From contig OZ024754.1 of assembly GCA_964016885.1 (NCBI GenBank), positions 17,856,001-17,920,000 on the forward strand: a DNA stretch of 64,000 nt, in the 5' to 3' direction. A model generated the notes under the pieces. It did not search any database. It saw nothing but the letters and a program-made list of their open reading frames with translations, and was not told the DNA's origin. This stretch comes from Eledone cirrhosa (lineage: Eukaryota). The stretch's first letter is position 1; each line of letters starts with the position of its first letter. Positions 12,201 through 25,015 of the stretch are shown one piece after another. The translations under genes were made by a program, and so were the position numbers.

Positions 12201-14024
12201 CATTAAGAGGGGCATCTAGGTGTAGAAACTGTGCTAAAATGGATCATATGAGCCAGATATGGTTATCTGACCTGTCTAATCTCATTAAAATGTCAAATGT
12301 TTTACTTCTGTTGATAAATATTCTTGTGAATTTTGTTAATTTCTCCAGCAGATTCAATGGATCCAAGCAAGAAGGATACATTGATCCAGTGGGTGAGTAG
12401 AGGTTTAGTGTTTATATATATTATATTTTACCCCCATCTCTTGAAAAATATACAATAGCTAGTAACTATCTCTATTTGAAGTAGATCGCTGGTGGTTGGT
12501 AGAATTGGTAGAGTATCAGACAAAATACATTGTGGTATTTGGTTACATCCCTCTACATTCTTGAGCTGATGAATACAGGCATGGTTGGATAGTTATGTTT
12601 GCTTTGCAGCCATACAGTTTCAGGTTCATTTCTACTGCACAGATACTTGGGTAACAACACTTGAGCCTCGGGTTGACTAATGCTTTGGTAATGGAACTTG
12701 GTAGCTTATTGTAAATATGTGTACTCAGCAATATAATGAACTAGAATGTGTTTGTGTTACAGAAATATAATTATAATGAGGGGGGAATAAGAAAAGTTTG
12801 TAAACTACAGGATACCTATGTGGAGATGTTATATGAAGAGGTGTACAGAATAAACTGTGAATTGTCATGTGTACTGAGCCTGTAAACATAAAACAGGGAG
12901 ACAGGCTAAAGGTGTGTATAAAGAAAATGTGAAGGAGTAAGGGAATAAAACTGTGATAGGCTGTAAGACACAGTTGTCTGCCTCATTGGCTGGAACTGGT
13001 CAGAGAAAGCTAGGAGTCAGTAGGTGACCATTGTTGTGGTAGAGCAGGAACTAAAAAGAGAACATTTGTTGTTTTGTTTGGCTTTTATAGCCTAGAGTGA
13101 CATTATACCATGATATACTGTTTGGTAAATTTGTCAATACAATACAAAACTATGGCAGAGTTTCTCACCAAAGCATGATTTCACTGCAAATATATTTACT
13201 TGGATGAGATATTGGAGGGGGGAAAATCCTGAATACGCCGTTGTAACTAAAAGTGGACTAGGTGAAACTCTATAAGAACTGAAGTGGTTTCGAGAACTGT
13301 GTGTATGGAGTCTCGTTGTAGTCTCTCGTTGGTAGTTTGGAATTACCTTGGGTGTTACCCTCGTTTTGTACAGATATACAAAACAGGTGTGTCACACCAT
13401 CATAACAGATATTGAATGTCTAAAGTATACATAAGTACGAGATAGACTCGAATATAAGCACACACACACCCCACACACCCCACACACACACATTTTACCA
13501 CTGATTTGAGGTCATATACTCCTCGGCTTATATTTGAGTATATCGGTAGGTTATGTTAGTGGCAGACATTAGCATTGTTTTGTTTATTAGTAATTAGTTA
13601 ATTAGATATTTTATAAATGGTAATCAATTAAGTCGTTTGAATGATATATATATATTCAATCTTTCTATTCCAGTTGAACGAACTAAACTCAAACTTTGTC
13701 ATAGAATCCCTCCTTGATTTGAAAAATGGTCTGCAGTTTATTGCTTTGTTAAATAAAATGTAAGTTTTTTTGGTAACCTTTTCAGTACCAACCCTACAAA
13801 AACTGGATCTGGTTCTGTGAAACAAAACCAACCATTTTAAAGAGTTTTTTTATATATGAACCATAGTTTAAGTTACTATCTTAACCCTTTAGCATTTAAA
13901 CCGGCCATATCTGGCCAGAATTCTCTCACCCCTTTCTGTTTAAACCAGCTGTAACTGGGCACTCATACTGATGTTAAGGTATTGTTCTCAAAATAAATAA
14001 TATCAAAATCTCATAGATTAGATA

Positions 14025-15190
14025 TTTTCTTTTCCTTATATTGGGTTTGAGGGAATAGCTCTAAAAATTGAGAAATTGATTGAATCTGCTTATAAATTAA
14101 ACAAAATATCTATCAAGCAAAGAGGAGATAATTTTGATAAGAATTTAGAGGAGGTAAATGAAATGTTTGATATATGCACCTGCATGTGTTATGACAAACA
14201 AATAAAAAAACTGACTGTAGCTGTGACATAAGAATACCAATAATGGAATGGGAATCATTTGTTGAACAGAAAAAAAGATATAATCAGTTAGGGCCTGTAG
14301 ATAGAGAAATAACTTCAGGTAGAAAAAGAACTGCAGAAAGAACGCAAAGATTTGAAAACAGGAATCAGTGCCCAAGTGATATTAATGAAGATAGTTGTGA
14401 CTCATGTGACAATGATGACGATGACATCGAATTTGTTCCTGACAATGAAATGAGAGAAAACCAACAAAACAGATTTACTTATGAGAATCTAGCCATCAGA
14501 GCAGACAGATATCGGGTAAATTCCCTCAAACCCAATATAAGGAAAAGAAAATTTGTCCCATATTGTTTGCTCATCTGCAGCAACAATCCGGTGGCATTCT
14601 TTCGCTGTGGGTGAAGTTTTTGATATCTGTTCTTCACGTTTTCTTATGTATAAATAATGTCGGAATACATCAGCCTTTGATGGGATCATTGTTGTGGGAA
14701 ATTCTGCAGGAAATCCAAATGCTGAATTACGGCTTTTATTTCTAGTTGCCATTATATAATTTTATATACTTTGCCTTTCATCCTTACGGGGTCGATAAAA
14801 TAAAGTACCAGTAATGTACTGGGTAATTGCTGGCCTTGTGCCAAAAGTAAAAACAATTATATAATTTTATATACTTAAATTATTACAGTTTAAATTTATG
14901 TAGGTATTTTTGTAAAATTATAATACAATTTAGTTCTGAAATAATCTGAAAAACAAAAGAAAATCATTTAACAAATGTATACATTTTCTAAAAAAAATTC
15001 ATTTAACACATACTGAAAAGTTGTAATTTTACCATGTTGGAGGGGTACCTACCTACCAATTGTCTTATATCTCAATGTTTTTGCTATCTTTACTCATCAG
15101 ATGTTTTAAACTAGGTTCTAGGTTTCTACAGTGAAATATGATCAAATGTTTCTTATCCATAAGCAATTTAGTATATATGTGTTGGACACA
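14025..15190. mobile_element. N-terminal and middle pieces of the same hAT transposase, in opposite orientations
   Basis: Minus 14752-14522 reads MATRNKSR...FSFPYIGFEG. Plus 14025-14521 reads FSFPYIGFEGIALK...ADRYRVN, which continues as NCRAAAAIV at 11306 on minus. Confidence 0.75.
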
Positions 15191-15200
15191 CTAGAAGAGG

Positions 15201-15441
15201 AATGGACACACTAGAAGAGGAAGACCAAGGTTAACGTATATTGATGCCCTAAGGACAGACACTGGTCTGTTGGAGACGCAGGACATGGCAGCGATAATGA
15301 GGGACAGAGACCGCTGGAGAGAACTCGTCCATGGATCTCGGGAATTTTACCCGCCTTAGAATAGAGAATATATATATATAAGTTAAAACAATGAAATAAA
15401 AATTCAAGTCTAAAAATTCAAAATTAGGGTATTTATTTGCG

Positions 15442-15475
<34 letters not shown>

Positions 15476-15719
15476 ATCCGCAATTAAATACCCTAATTTT
15501 GAATTTTTAGACTTGAATTTTTATTTCATTGTTTTAACTTATATATATATATTCTCTATTCTAAGGCGGGTAAAATTCCCGAGATCCATGGACGAGTTCT
15601 CTCCAGCGGTCTCTGTCCCTCATTATCGCTGCCATGTCCTGCGTCTCCAACAGACCAGTGTCTGTCCTTAGGGCATCAATATACGTTAACCTTGGTCTTC
15701 CTCTTCTAGTGTGTCCATT
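15201..15719. repeat. Palindrome centred on a poly-C run, including an inverted copy of a LINE 3' end
   Basis: 15201-15441 is the reverse complement of 15479-15719. The C-run is at 15443-15475. Confidence 0.92.
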
Positions 15720-15982
15720 TAGGGGCTCCCAAAGGAGCACTGAGTGCAATGTCAACTCATTGCTGTAGTGGAGTCTGTGCTGCTGTATGGGTCTGAGACT
15801 TGGACACTGACCAAGAAACTCACTCAGATGGTGGATGGGTGCTACACGAGAATGCTGAGGATGGCTCTGAACATTAATCAGTATACACTGAGGATGAAAA
15901 ACTCAGAGCTGTATGGGAGCATCCCAAAAGTCAGCTCAAAAGTGACACAGAGGAGACTGAGGTTAGCTGGACATGCTCACCA
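15550..15982. mobile_element. 5'-truncated RTE-X-like LINE with internal inversion
   Basis: Plus 15750-15982 reads VESVLLYGSETWTL..RRLRLAGH. Minus 15750-15561 reads LLWEP..RRGRPRLTYIDAL..DRDRWR. Confidence 0.8.
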
Positions 15983-16000
15983 ATATATATATATATATAT

Positions 16001-16965
16001 ATAGTAAAAAGGAAAAAAAAGCAGTAGAAAATGCTAGAAGGATTTTTTCAGAATAACATCAAAACATTTATTTTCAAAATAGGAATTTCCGCATTAATTG
16101 TACCAGTTTCAGCTTTATATGCTTTTCCAATGACGGAAGTATATAGTGCAGTTAAATTGCATATTAATAAGAATAATAAGAAAATAGAGAACATTTTTTT
16201 TTAGTTTTTACATACATATTTAGGGAGGAAAGTTGATATTTTTGTCTGTAGTTTTCTTTCGTTCTCTGTTAGTGTTGGCCAACAGTGGTGGTAGCAGTTT
16301 AAGTTGTTGGCTTTGACTGTAGTGGTAGTAGTGGGGGGAGAAGGGGAAGAATGAGAAGTGGGGGAGAAGATGATGGAGGGACAGGGGATAGGTGTGGTAG
16401 TAATACCAGGGCTATGGTAAGGAAGGGGAAGATGGAGAAGATGACAGGCAGCTGTAGTGGTAATAGCGTCACTGTTAATAATTGTAAAGGGAACTGTCCT
16501 TGGGATTGGCTTAAATGATTGAGTGACCTTAGAGTTGACTGAGGAAGTAAATGTTTCTAAAAATATCTATCTTGGTATTCCTGTCTGTAATGTTGAAGGA
16601 AGATCTCTTAGAAACACCCAGACTGCAGGTCAATTTAGGAATGCCAGCATTACAAACAGGAATACCAAAATAAATATTTTTAGAAACAATTACTTCCTCA
16701 GTCAACTCTAAGGTCACTCAATCAAAAATATGAACTTTCCTCCCTAAATATGTATATTAAAAACTAAAAAAGATTTTCTCCATTTTCTTATTATTATTAA
16801 TATGCAATTTAGCTGCACTATATACTTCCGTCATTGAAAAAGTATATAAAGCTGAAACCAGTACAATTAAATGCGGAAATCCTTATTTTGTAAATAAATG
16901 TTTTGATGTTATTCTGAAAAATCCCTCTAGCATTTTCTACTGTATTTTTTTCCTTTTTACTATTT
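16001..16965. repeat. Double fold-back element flanked by (TA)n, probably a Penelope-like 3' end
   Basis: Outer arms ~16001-16243 and ~16723-16965. Inner hairpin 16516-16724. Hammerhead remnant in the outer arms. Confidence 0.85.
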
Positions 16966-17000
16966 TTTTTATATATATCAATATATTTATATATAACTAT

Positions 17001-17330
17001 GGAGGCACATGGCTTAGTGGTTAGAGCATTGGACTTGCAATCGAAAGGTTGTGAGTTCAATTCTCAGACCGGGTGATGTGTTGTTTCCTTGAGCAAGACA
17101 CTTTATTTCACATTGCTCCAGTTTACTCAGCTGTAGAAATGAGATGATAGGGACTGGGGTCCCTATCATTCCACTGCAAAGTGGTCGTGGAGGTGCCACA
17201 GCAAAAAGCACCCAGCACTCACTGTAAATGAGGTTGGTGTTAGGAAGGGCATCCAGCTGTAGAAATCAAGCCAGAATCAGTTCCCGTCCCACCCTTGCAA
17301 GCAGGTAAAAGCGGACGTAAAAGGAAAGAA
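17001..17330 (+). mobile_element. tRNA-derived SINE (CORE-like head) with a LINE-related tail
   Basis: A box TGGCTTAGTGG, B box GAGTTCAATTC, then ccttgagcaagacactttatttcac and gttggtgttaggaagggcatccagc. Related head at 24687. Confidence 0.8.
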
Positions 17331-17578
17331 AGAACTAAAAAATTGTATTCAGCCATGCAGAGCGAAAATTTTTTTTTTATTTGAATATGGCAAAGCCGGC
17401 CATTGATCGTTCGTATACAGGAAACCGACTGGCCAGTCTGCTGATATGCAAATCTGGCTGATCAGTGGATCTGCTAATATGCAGATCTGACTTATCAGCC
17501 AGTCTGTTAATATGCAAATCAGGCCGATCAGTCACTGTATATCTTAGAAAATATCATATATTTTCACTAGCTCTAACA

Positions 17579-17653
17579 GTTGGCAGGTGAACAGTACTGA
17601 TGAAGGGTAATACCCAGAAACATTAGTGTCTGCAGTTCTGTTTACATGCCAAC
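17579..17653 (+). ncRNA. Type I hammerhead ribozyme
   Basis: CTGATGA (17597-17603), stem II GGGT-AAT-ACCC, GAAAC-ATTAGT-GTC with cleavage predicted after 17630. Stem I GTTGGCA..GTGAACAG pairs with CTGTTTAC..TGCCAAC. Confidence 0.8.
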
Positions 17654-19789
17654 ACAAGAGCAAGAATGAGGGGCTCATTCTACTGACATGGCTTTTAAAA
17701 TGAGGCTTGTTTGCATAATTGCAAACAAATCGAATATTATTAGCAATATTCGAAAAACTCAGATTACATTTATTATATATATATATATTCTTTTACCTGT
17801 TCCAGCCATCATCATCATCGTTTTACGTCCATTATTCCACGTTAGCATGGGTTAGACAGATTGTCCTGTTGAGAGCAGTGCCCGGTCGGCTGACCTTGTC
17901 TTGCTCATACGGGAACAGCCATATATATATATATATATATATACAAACACACTTGTTGCTACAATAAAAAGTTTGCTTTCTAATCACAATGTCCTAACCC
18001 AACCCTACATTTGTCCCTGTAAATAGTTATTTCTCCAAAGTTACTCCTACATTTAATCCTGTATGTCATTTGTACATATATGTTGAACATGTAACTATAT
18101 CCTAGAAATATATTATTAAAATATAATTTTATTTTTAATTACTTTCACATATAATCAACATAAACTATAGGGTTTCTCTTATGCAAACAATTAATTTATC
18201 AATATTTTCTCAGTTTGTATTATTGTTTTTATATCCAGTAATCCTGGTATGTATGGCCTTCTATGTCAGTAATCAACATAAATTATAGGGTTTCTCTTAT
18301 GTGAACAATAAATTTATCAAAAGGCATTTTTCCCAGTTTGCTTGATTTTTCATATTTCCAGTAGTCCTGTCTGGGAGGTCAGTAGCCCTCACTTCCATAC
18401 TGAGTCAGTGAACACCTGTCCAACCGTTGCTAGCAAGGAAAGTGATGATGATATTTATGCATACGAAACATTAACTGGTGGCAAATTGGCAGCGTCATTA
18501 GAACGTCGGATAGAATACTTTGCGGTATTCATTTCTGCTCTCTGAGTTCAAATCCCACCAAGGTCAACTTTGTCTTTCATTCATTCAAGGTTGATAAAAA
18601 AAGTACCACTTTAGTATTAGGGTCAATTCTTCCTCTCAAGAAGAAATCCAGTGTATTCAGACATGGAGAGGAGATGGGCTCCGTCAGGTTTATAATAATT
18701 GTTTCCACTTTTGGCACAAGGCAAGCAATTATCCCAGTGCATTACTGGTACTTTATTTTATCGACCCTGTAAGGATGAAAGGCAAAGTTAACCTCAGCAG
18801 GATTTGAACTCAGACGATGAAGGGCCGTAATTCTGTGCTGCAAAGCATGGCGTCCTACCGATACTGCCAGGTTTAAATTAAATCCCTAGAGATGCTGTAT
18901 GTCAATACAGCACCCCAACAACTCCCTCAAGAGTTATGGGACTATGCCATGCCATGCTTATTTGCATACAATGTATTTTGCCTGATGTACTAACAAACAA
19001 TACCACCAAACAATCATTGTTTCTATAATCCAACCCCAACAATTTGGGGGTAAGGTTAATTAATTATACTTGACCTGTACTTTATTTTATTGAACCCTAG
19101 AAGAATAAAAAACAAAGTTGATCTTGGATGAATCTGAACTCAATGTAAAGGACTAGAACTAGAGTGAAACTTTAATGATTCTGCCAATCTCGATTTAAAA
19201 AAAGAGCTATTTCTCTGTCTTATATATGTGTATAGGTGAAAAGGGAGTAAACCCCTTAAGTTGAGAGGAAAACGGAGATAACTTATGTCATGCTTATTGC
19301 AAACTTTAGATGTCATTTTCAACCACTAAGTGTAGAAGCAATATTTCAAGAAAGATTTGTTAAACCATTTCTTTCTTTTTTTTTTCTTTTGTTTCTCATT
19401 AGTTCTAATTATTCCTTCATAGTAGTTGCCATTCTTCAAGATATCAGACAGAGGAGAAATATTATCAATGGTAAAAAAATAATCTTTTACATACAAATTA
19501 AAATGTGAAAACAAAGATATTTTGTCAACAAAATTTATTCTGTCAAGAAACAATTTACAGAAAAAGAAAATTAGATATAAGGAAACGAAAGATAAGATTT
19601 GGAAGTGAAATAGAAGGTTTGTGGTAGAGGAATAGATGGTGTGTGGTAGTGAAATAGATGGTGTGTGGTAGAGGAATAGATGGTGTGTGGTAAAGGAATA
19701 GATGGTGTGTGGTAGTGAAATAGAAAAGCTTTCAAATCAATTTTATTTCATACAAAAGAATGAGACATTTAATATTTCACAATTATACA

Positions 19790-21035
19790 GACACAGGTTC
19801 TAAGAGAAGAATAAGCTACTATATTTAGCTTTGTTGACCTAGAGAAGGCCTTTGATAGAGTACCTTGATCTATCATCTGGTGGTCCCTAAGTAGATTAGG
19901 TGTAAAGGAATGGCTTGTGAGAGCAGTGCAAGCTATGTACAGAGGAGCTGTCAGTGAAGTGAGGGTAGGAATGGAGTTTAGTGAGGAATTCCAGATACAA
20001 GTAGGAGTACACCAGGGTTCAATTCTCAGCCCACTTTTATTCATTATAGTCCTCCAAGCCATAACAGAGGAGTTTAAGACTGGCTGCCCAAGGGAACTTC
20101 TCTATGCTGACGATCTGGTTCTTATAGCAGAATCAGTAGAGGAGCTAGAGAATAAATTCCAGCTGTGGAAACAGCAGTTGAAATTAAGAGGACTGAGAGT
20201 GAACTTAGCTAAGACAAAAGTGTTGATAAGTAGAAAAGAGGACAAATCTCTGATTCCATCAGAGAAATGGCCATGTTCGATATGTAGAAAATGAGTTGGC
20301 ATAAACTCTATAGAATGTACACAATGCAGATCTTGGGTACACAAGAGATGTAGTGGGATAGCACGCAAACTAACAGGTAGGGAAAAATATGTATGCAGTA
20401 GATGTACAGAGACATTGATAGACACATTTTTCAAATGCAGGTAGGATCTATAGAGGTGGTTGATAGCTTCTGGTACCTAGGTGATCAAATTAGCAAGGGA
20501 GGGGATGCTGCGAGGCCATAGTATCTAGAATAAGGATGGGTTGGAAGAAGTTTAGGGAGCTGCTTCCTTCATTGACAACAAAGAATGGCTGTATGATGCC
20601 TGTGTGCAATGCGCGATGCTGCGTAGTAGTGAGACATGGGCAGCAACTTCAGATGATATGCGATGGCTGGAGAGAAATGAAGCAAGCATGCTTTGATGGA
20701 AGTGTATTGTCAATGACCAAGCATGGATGAGTTGAGAGAGAGACTGTGTATAAGAGGAATAAGCTGTAGTGTGCGGGAGAGAAGACTACATTGGTTTGGT
20801 CATGTGATACGCTTGGATGATGACCGCTGAGTGAAGAAAAGCCAGGTAATCCTAGTGGAAGGAAGATGCAGTAGAGGAAGACCATGGAAAACATGGACGG
20901 AGGTGGTGAGAGCTGACACCAGATTGCTGAAGCTCACAGCGGAGACAACGAAGGACCATGACAAGTGGAGGGATGCTGTGCTGAAGAGAACCCATCTCAC
21001 CTTTGCAAGCAGGGAAAAGCAGATGTATGATGATG
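19790..21035 (+). mobile_element. 5'-truncated RTE-clade LINE
   Basis: FVDLEKAFDRVP, GVHQGSILSPLLF, LLYADDLVL and RGRPWKTW motifs, ending in a (GAT)n tail. Many stops. Confidence 0.9.
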
Positions 21036-21264
21036 ATTATTATTATTATATAGTACACACAGTTAGACTTCAGAAAAATATAAACTATCAAATCTACTTT
21101 AAAATTGCTATTTGTGGTTATTGTTTATAAGCAGGTTAAATGACAGATATGCTATCAATTGAGAAACTTATCTAATAATAAAAAAGTTAATGCTTGTTTT
21201 CGTTTTTTTTTTTTTTAATCAAACTTCCGGGAACAAAAAGACAGTTACACATATTTGAACAGAA

Positions 21265-21270
21265 TTTATT
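21265..21270 (-). terminator. Candidate polyadenylation signal of the NuMA-like gene
   Basis: TTTATT on plus (AATAAA on minus) about 285 nt past the predicted stop, with G/T-rich sequence downstream on minus. Confidence 0.45.
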
Positions 21271-21554
21271 TGTAAATAAAATAAAAATGTCGTAAGTTTT
21301 AAAAAAATTAAACTAGTAAACAAAACACGTTCAATAAATATATATATATATATACATACAGTAAAATATAAACAATTTAAAATAGAGAAAAAAGAGGGGT
21401 GATTTGAGGAAATAAATATTCAGAAAGAGAGAAATAAAAAATCCCCAATTTTGTCAGGTTTGACTTCTTCATCAATAATAGTAATCTCGTGGCAGACTTT
21501 AGTCACACATACATGGCCCAGGTCACAATAGCAATCATAATCAATGGTTTTAGT

Positions 21555-21617
21555 TCAAAGACTTGTCTGTGTAAAATTTCTTGTAGTCAGAGGTTTCCTC
21601 TCTGGTTGGGGTTTGTA
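21555..21617 (-). CDS. NUMA1: NuMA-like gene, probable terminal coding exon (frame ambiguous)
   Basis: Strong acceptor atttctatttcag|TAC. Phase-0 reading gives YKPQPERKPLTTRNFTQTSL*. Followed by an AT-rich 3' UTR with AATAAA. Confidence 0.6.
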   Translation of the reverse strand, partial: YKPQPERKPLTTRNFTQTSL

Positions 21618-22916
21618 CTGAAATAGAAATTACAAGTTACATAAAAAACTAAAATAGCTAATCAAAGATAATCAAAAACTTTCAATGAGAGATCAATAAT
21701 AATGATTCCTGATTTAGGTACAAGGCCAACAATTTGAGAAAGTTGACTATATCCACCCCCACCTCACAGTACATGACTGCTACTTTATTTTATCGACCCT
21801 GGAAGTATTTGAACTTAGAGTACAGATAGCTGGAACAAAAGCCACAAACCATTTTGTCCGATGTGCTAACAATTCTGCCAATCCACTACCCTTTTCAACA
21901 ACAACAGGAAAGTATACAGCTGATTGTTGGTTTGTGTGTGAAGGTTTGTGAATTAAGAGATCTTTAAGCTGTATAGAGTAGTAGGTGAATGTGCACCATC
22001 TGATATATGTGAACAGTGCCATTTTCTTTTTAATTGACGATGCATTTGTGCTTTGCACAACAGAGTCAGCAACTCAACAGGGAGAGATCAAAGGCTTATG
22101 TTCCATCATCATTTAAAATATGTTATCTGTGCTAGAAAGGGTTGGATGGGTCTTCTCAGACTGGTCAGTAAAGTCCTCAAGCAGGGCTATTGACCGCTCA
22201 GATGGACCAGGCACCTGAATCTCACAATATCTTGCACTTTACTGAGTGTATAGATTCAATATTATGTGACATAAAATCTTTTACAGCGAAAATACAATAG
22301 TAAATATAGAGTAGTGCAAATGGTAAAGGGTTAAAGACCTACAAAAATAGGGAAACCTTTAAAAAAAGTATTTGTCTCCTACCTTGCCAGAAACATTTCT
22401 TGTTAACAATCACATCAAATAATTGTTTCTACTTTAGGCACAAGGCGAGTTATTTGAAGGGGAGGGGAAAGTTGATAAAATCGACCCCAGTGCATTACTG
22501 GTACTTTATTTTATCGACCCCGTAAGGATGAAAGGCAAAGCTAACCTTGGCAGGAACTCATAATGTAAAGGGCCATAACTCTATGCTGCAATGCATGGTG
22601 TCTGAAACTCTACTGATACTGCCAATCCACCGCCCTAATCACATCAAATAATAAACAACTATATCTCTTAGTTAGGCCTGGAGAGGGAGGGGCCCTACCA
22701 GGCTTAAAATGCTCCAGAAATGCAAAATGAGTATGTCAATATGGCACCCTTACAACTCCCTCAGGAGTTATGGGACCATATCATACCATTTCTTGGTTAA
22801 GTACAAAGTGACAGATTAATAAATGTTAACAGCAAAAGAATTATCAAAATATGATGAAAGTTTTTTAAAGTTTCAGTTTGGTAAGAAACAAATGTTGATA
22901 AGATTTAATTAATTTA

Positions 22917-24626
22917 CACCGTGTAACATATTTTTTCTTCCCCGGTTCTAAGTGTCATTTACTGGTTTGTTATATCCCATTATTATTTAAAAAATACTAT
23001 TATTTAATCATAAGTTTGGGTTTGTGGTCAGGAGTTTGATATTTCGAAATTTTTATATTTTTCAAGAAAAAAACACATTTTTAAAAAATTTATCAGTTCA
23101 TATAATTAAATCAACAGAGTATATATTTATTTTATTACACAAGCTTATCAAAAGCAAACAAGTAAAAACAAATAACACTTATAAAGCAACTTATACACAT
23201 CAGAAATGACTGGATTTCCTGGATTTGCGGTTGTAGTTTAGGTCGCATTCCCGCACTAGCCCCCAGATATAGTCCCCCATCATTTTTTCATTGTAGTGGC
23301 CCTGGTACCTCCACTCTATCTCTTTCACATCTTGGTGGAATCGTTCGCCTTGTTCTTCTGAGTAGGCGCCCATATTGTCCTTGAATTTTTCCAGGTGAGC
23401 GTCCAGCATATGGAGTTTAAGCGACATCCTGCATCCCATGGCGCCAAAAGTCTTTATCAGATCCTGCACCAGTTGCTGGTAGTTTTCAGCACTGTAGTTG
23501 CCCAGGAAGCCCTTAACAACTGCCTTGAAACAGTTCCATGCTGTTCTCTCAATCCTATTTAGCTTATTAGAGAACTCGGTAGACTCAAACACCTTTGATT
23601 TTGGCCTCAGATAACTTGGGGAAGAACTCAAGAAGGTACTTAAAAGTGGCTGATTCTTGGTTGAGAGCCTTCACAAACTGCTTCATCAACCTCAACTTAA
23701 TGTGCAGTGGTGGCATGAGCACAATCCTGGGATCAACCAGTGGCTCCCACATGACGTTCCGGGTCCCAACTACAAATTCTGTTCGCTGCTCCCAATTCTT
23801 TCTTTTGTAGTGGTCAGAGGTGGCTCTGCTGTCCCAAAGCAGAGGAAGCATTGGAATTTGATAAAGCCTCCTTGGAGTCCAAGCAGGAAAGCCACCATCT
23901 TGAAGTCTCCAATGATTTCCCAATTGTACTGGTTGTATTGCAGAGCTTCCAAGAGGACTTTCACACTGTAGTAATCTTCCTTCAGGCAGACTGAATGAAC
24001 TGGGGGCAGTGTCGGGAACTTGTTTCCATTGTGGAGCAGGACAGCCTTCAAACTTGTGGTGGAGCTGTCTATAAATAGCCGCCACTCCTTGGGCACAAAC
24101 GGCACCCAATAATGTCAAACAGTCCAGGCACGTCATGGCAGAAGCAGAGGCCATCCCTTAGAGTGTAAAAGCCTGAGAAAGTTTGTGTCGACTTCTCTGA
24201 CTTGTCACCTGCACTTCCTCCTTGACCAAGTTCCACTGCTTCATCCTGGAGATGAATGCTTCAAAACACAACTTACCCTTTATTCAGGGTGCGAAAATCC
24301 AATATCAATAAATCTTTTTAATCCACTTTTTAACAATTTTATACTTTATTGCACTTTTATAATTTTCTTTAGGTATTACTCTTTATTTTATAATTTTAAT
24401 TTAACCTGAAACATATATTAAAAAAATCATTTAACATAAGCAAATTAAACTTACATACAACGTAAAATCCAGCATACAAATATAATTCTAGTGAATAGCT
24501 TAGAATTTTTACAAACCCAAACTTTTAACTGTTTAATAGGACTTTTTTATTTATTTGGGACCTAAGCAACACAAAAAAGTGATTACAAGCCAGGAACAGA
24601 GAAAACATTTTTTTTGTTACACGGTG
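22917..24626 (-). mobile_element. Chapaev3 (CMC superfamily) DNA transposon, internally deleted
   Basis: TIRs CACCGTGTAACA/TGTTACACGGTG with TTA on both sides as TSD. Transposase motifs WRLFIDSS, PPLHIKL, FLGN, MSLKLH, EQGERFHQD and RYQG, frameshifted. Confidence 0.9.
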
Positions 24627-24686
24627 TTATTAGAAACTGTTTTAATAACTAATGTTATCCTTATTAGACCATCATGCTTATATTAT

Positions 24687-25015
24687 GGTGTATAGCTTAG
24701 TGGTTAACAGTGTATGGCTCTTAACCATATATACAGTCCAGTGTTCGATTCCTGGCATTGCACTGAGTCCTTGAGCAAGATATTTTATTTCATGTTGTTC
24801 CAGTCTACTCAGCTAGCAAAGCTAGGTTATACCTGAAATTAAAAGAGTCAGGCAGCCTTATCAAACATTGTGTTATACTGAATGAATCTCCGAGGATTAT
24901 GTTACGGGTCTGTGGAATGCATGTTAACTCAACTATGTGTATGTTAATTCCACAAGCAGGTTGTTCCATTGATCGAACAACTGGAACACTCATTGTTGAA
25001 ACCAACAGATACATT
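24687..25015 (+). mobile_element. tRNA-derived CORE-like SINE
   Basis: A box TAGCTTAGTGG, B box GTTCGATTCC, then ccttgagcaagatattttatttcat. Confidence 0.7.

Noticed and set aside
11067-12215. 382-aa ORF fusing a repeat to transposase sequence
   Set aside because: Chance in-frame junction of the 42-bp array with a broken hAT fragment that has a stop shortly after.
12755-13396. Possible solo LTR (TGTTACA...TGTCACA)
   Set aside because: No matching TSD and no second copy in the window, so support is insufficient.
17001-17075. tRNA-like sequence with A and B boxes (also at 24687 and other SINE heads)
   Set aside because: No complete cloverleaf, and it continues into a SINE body.
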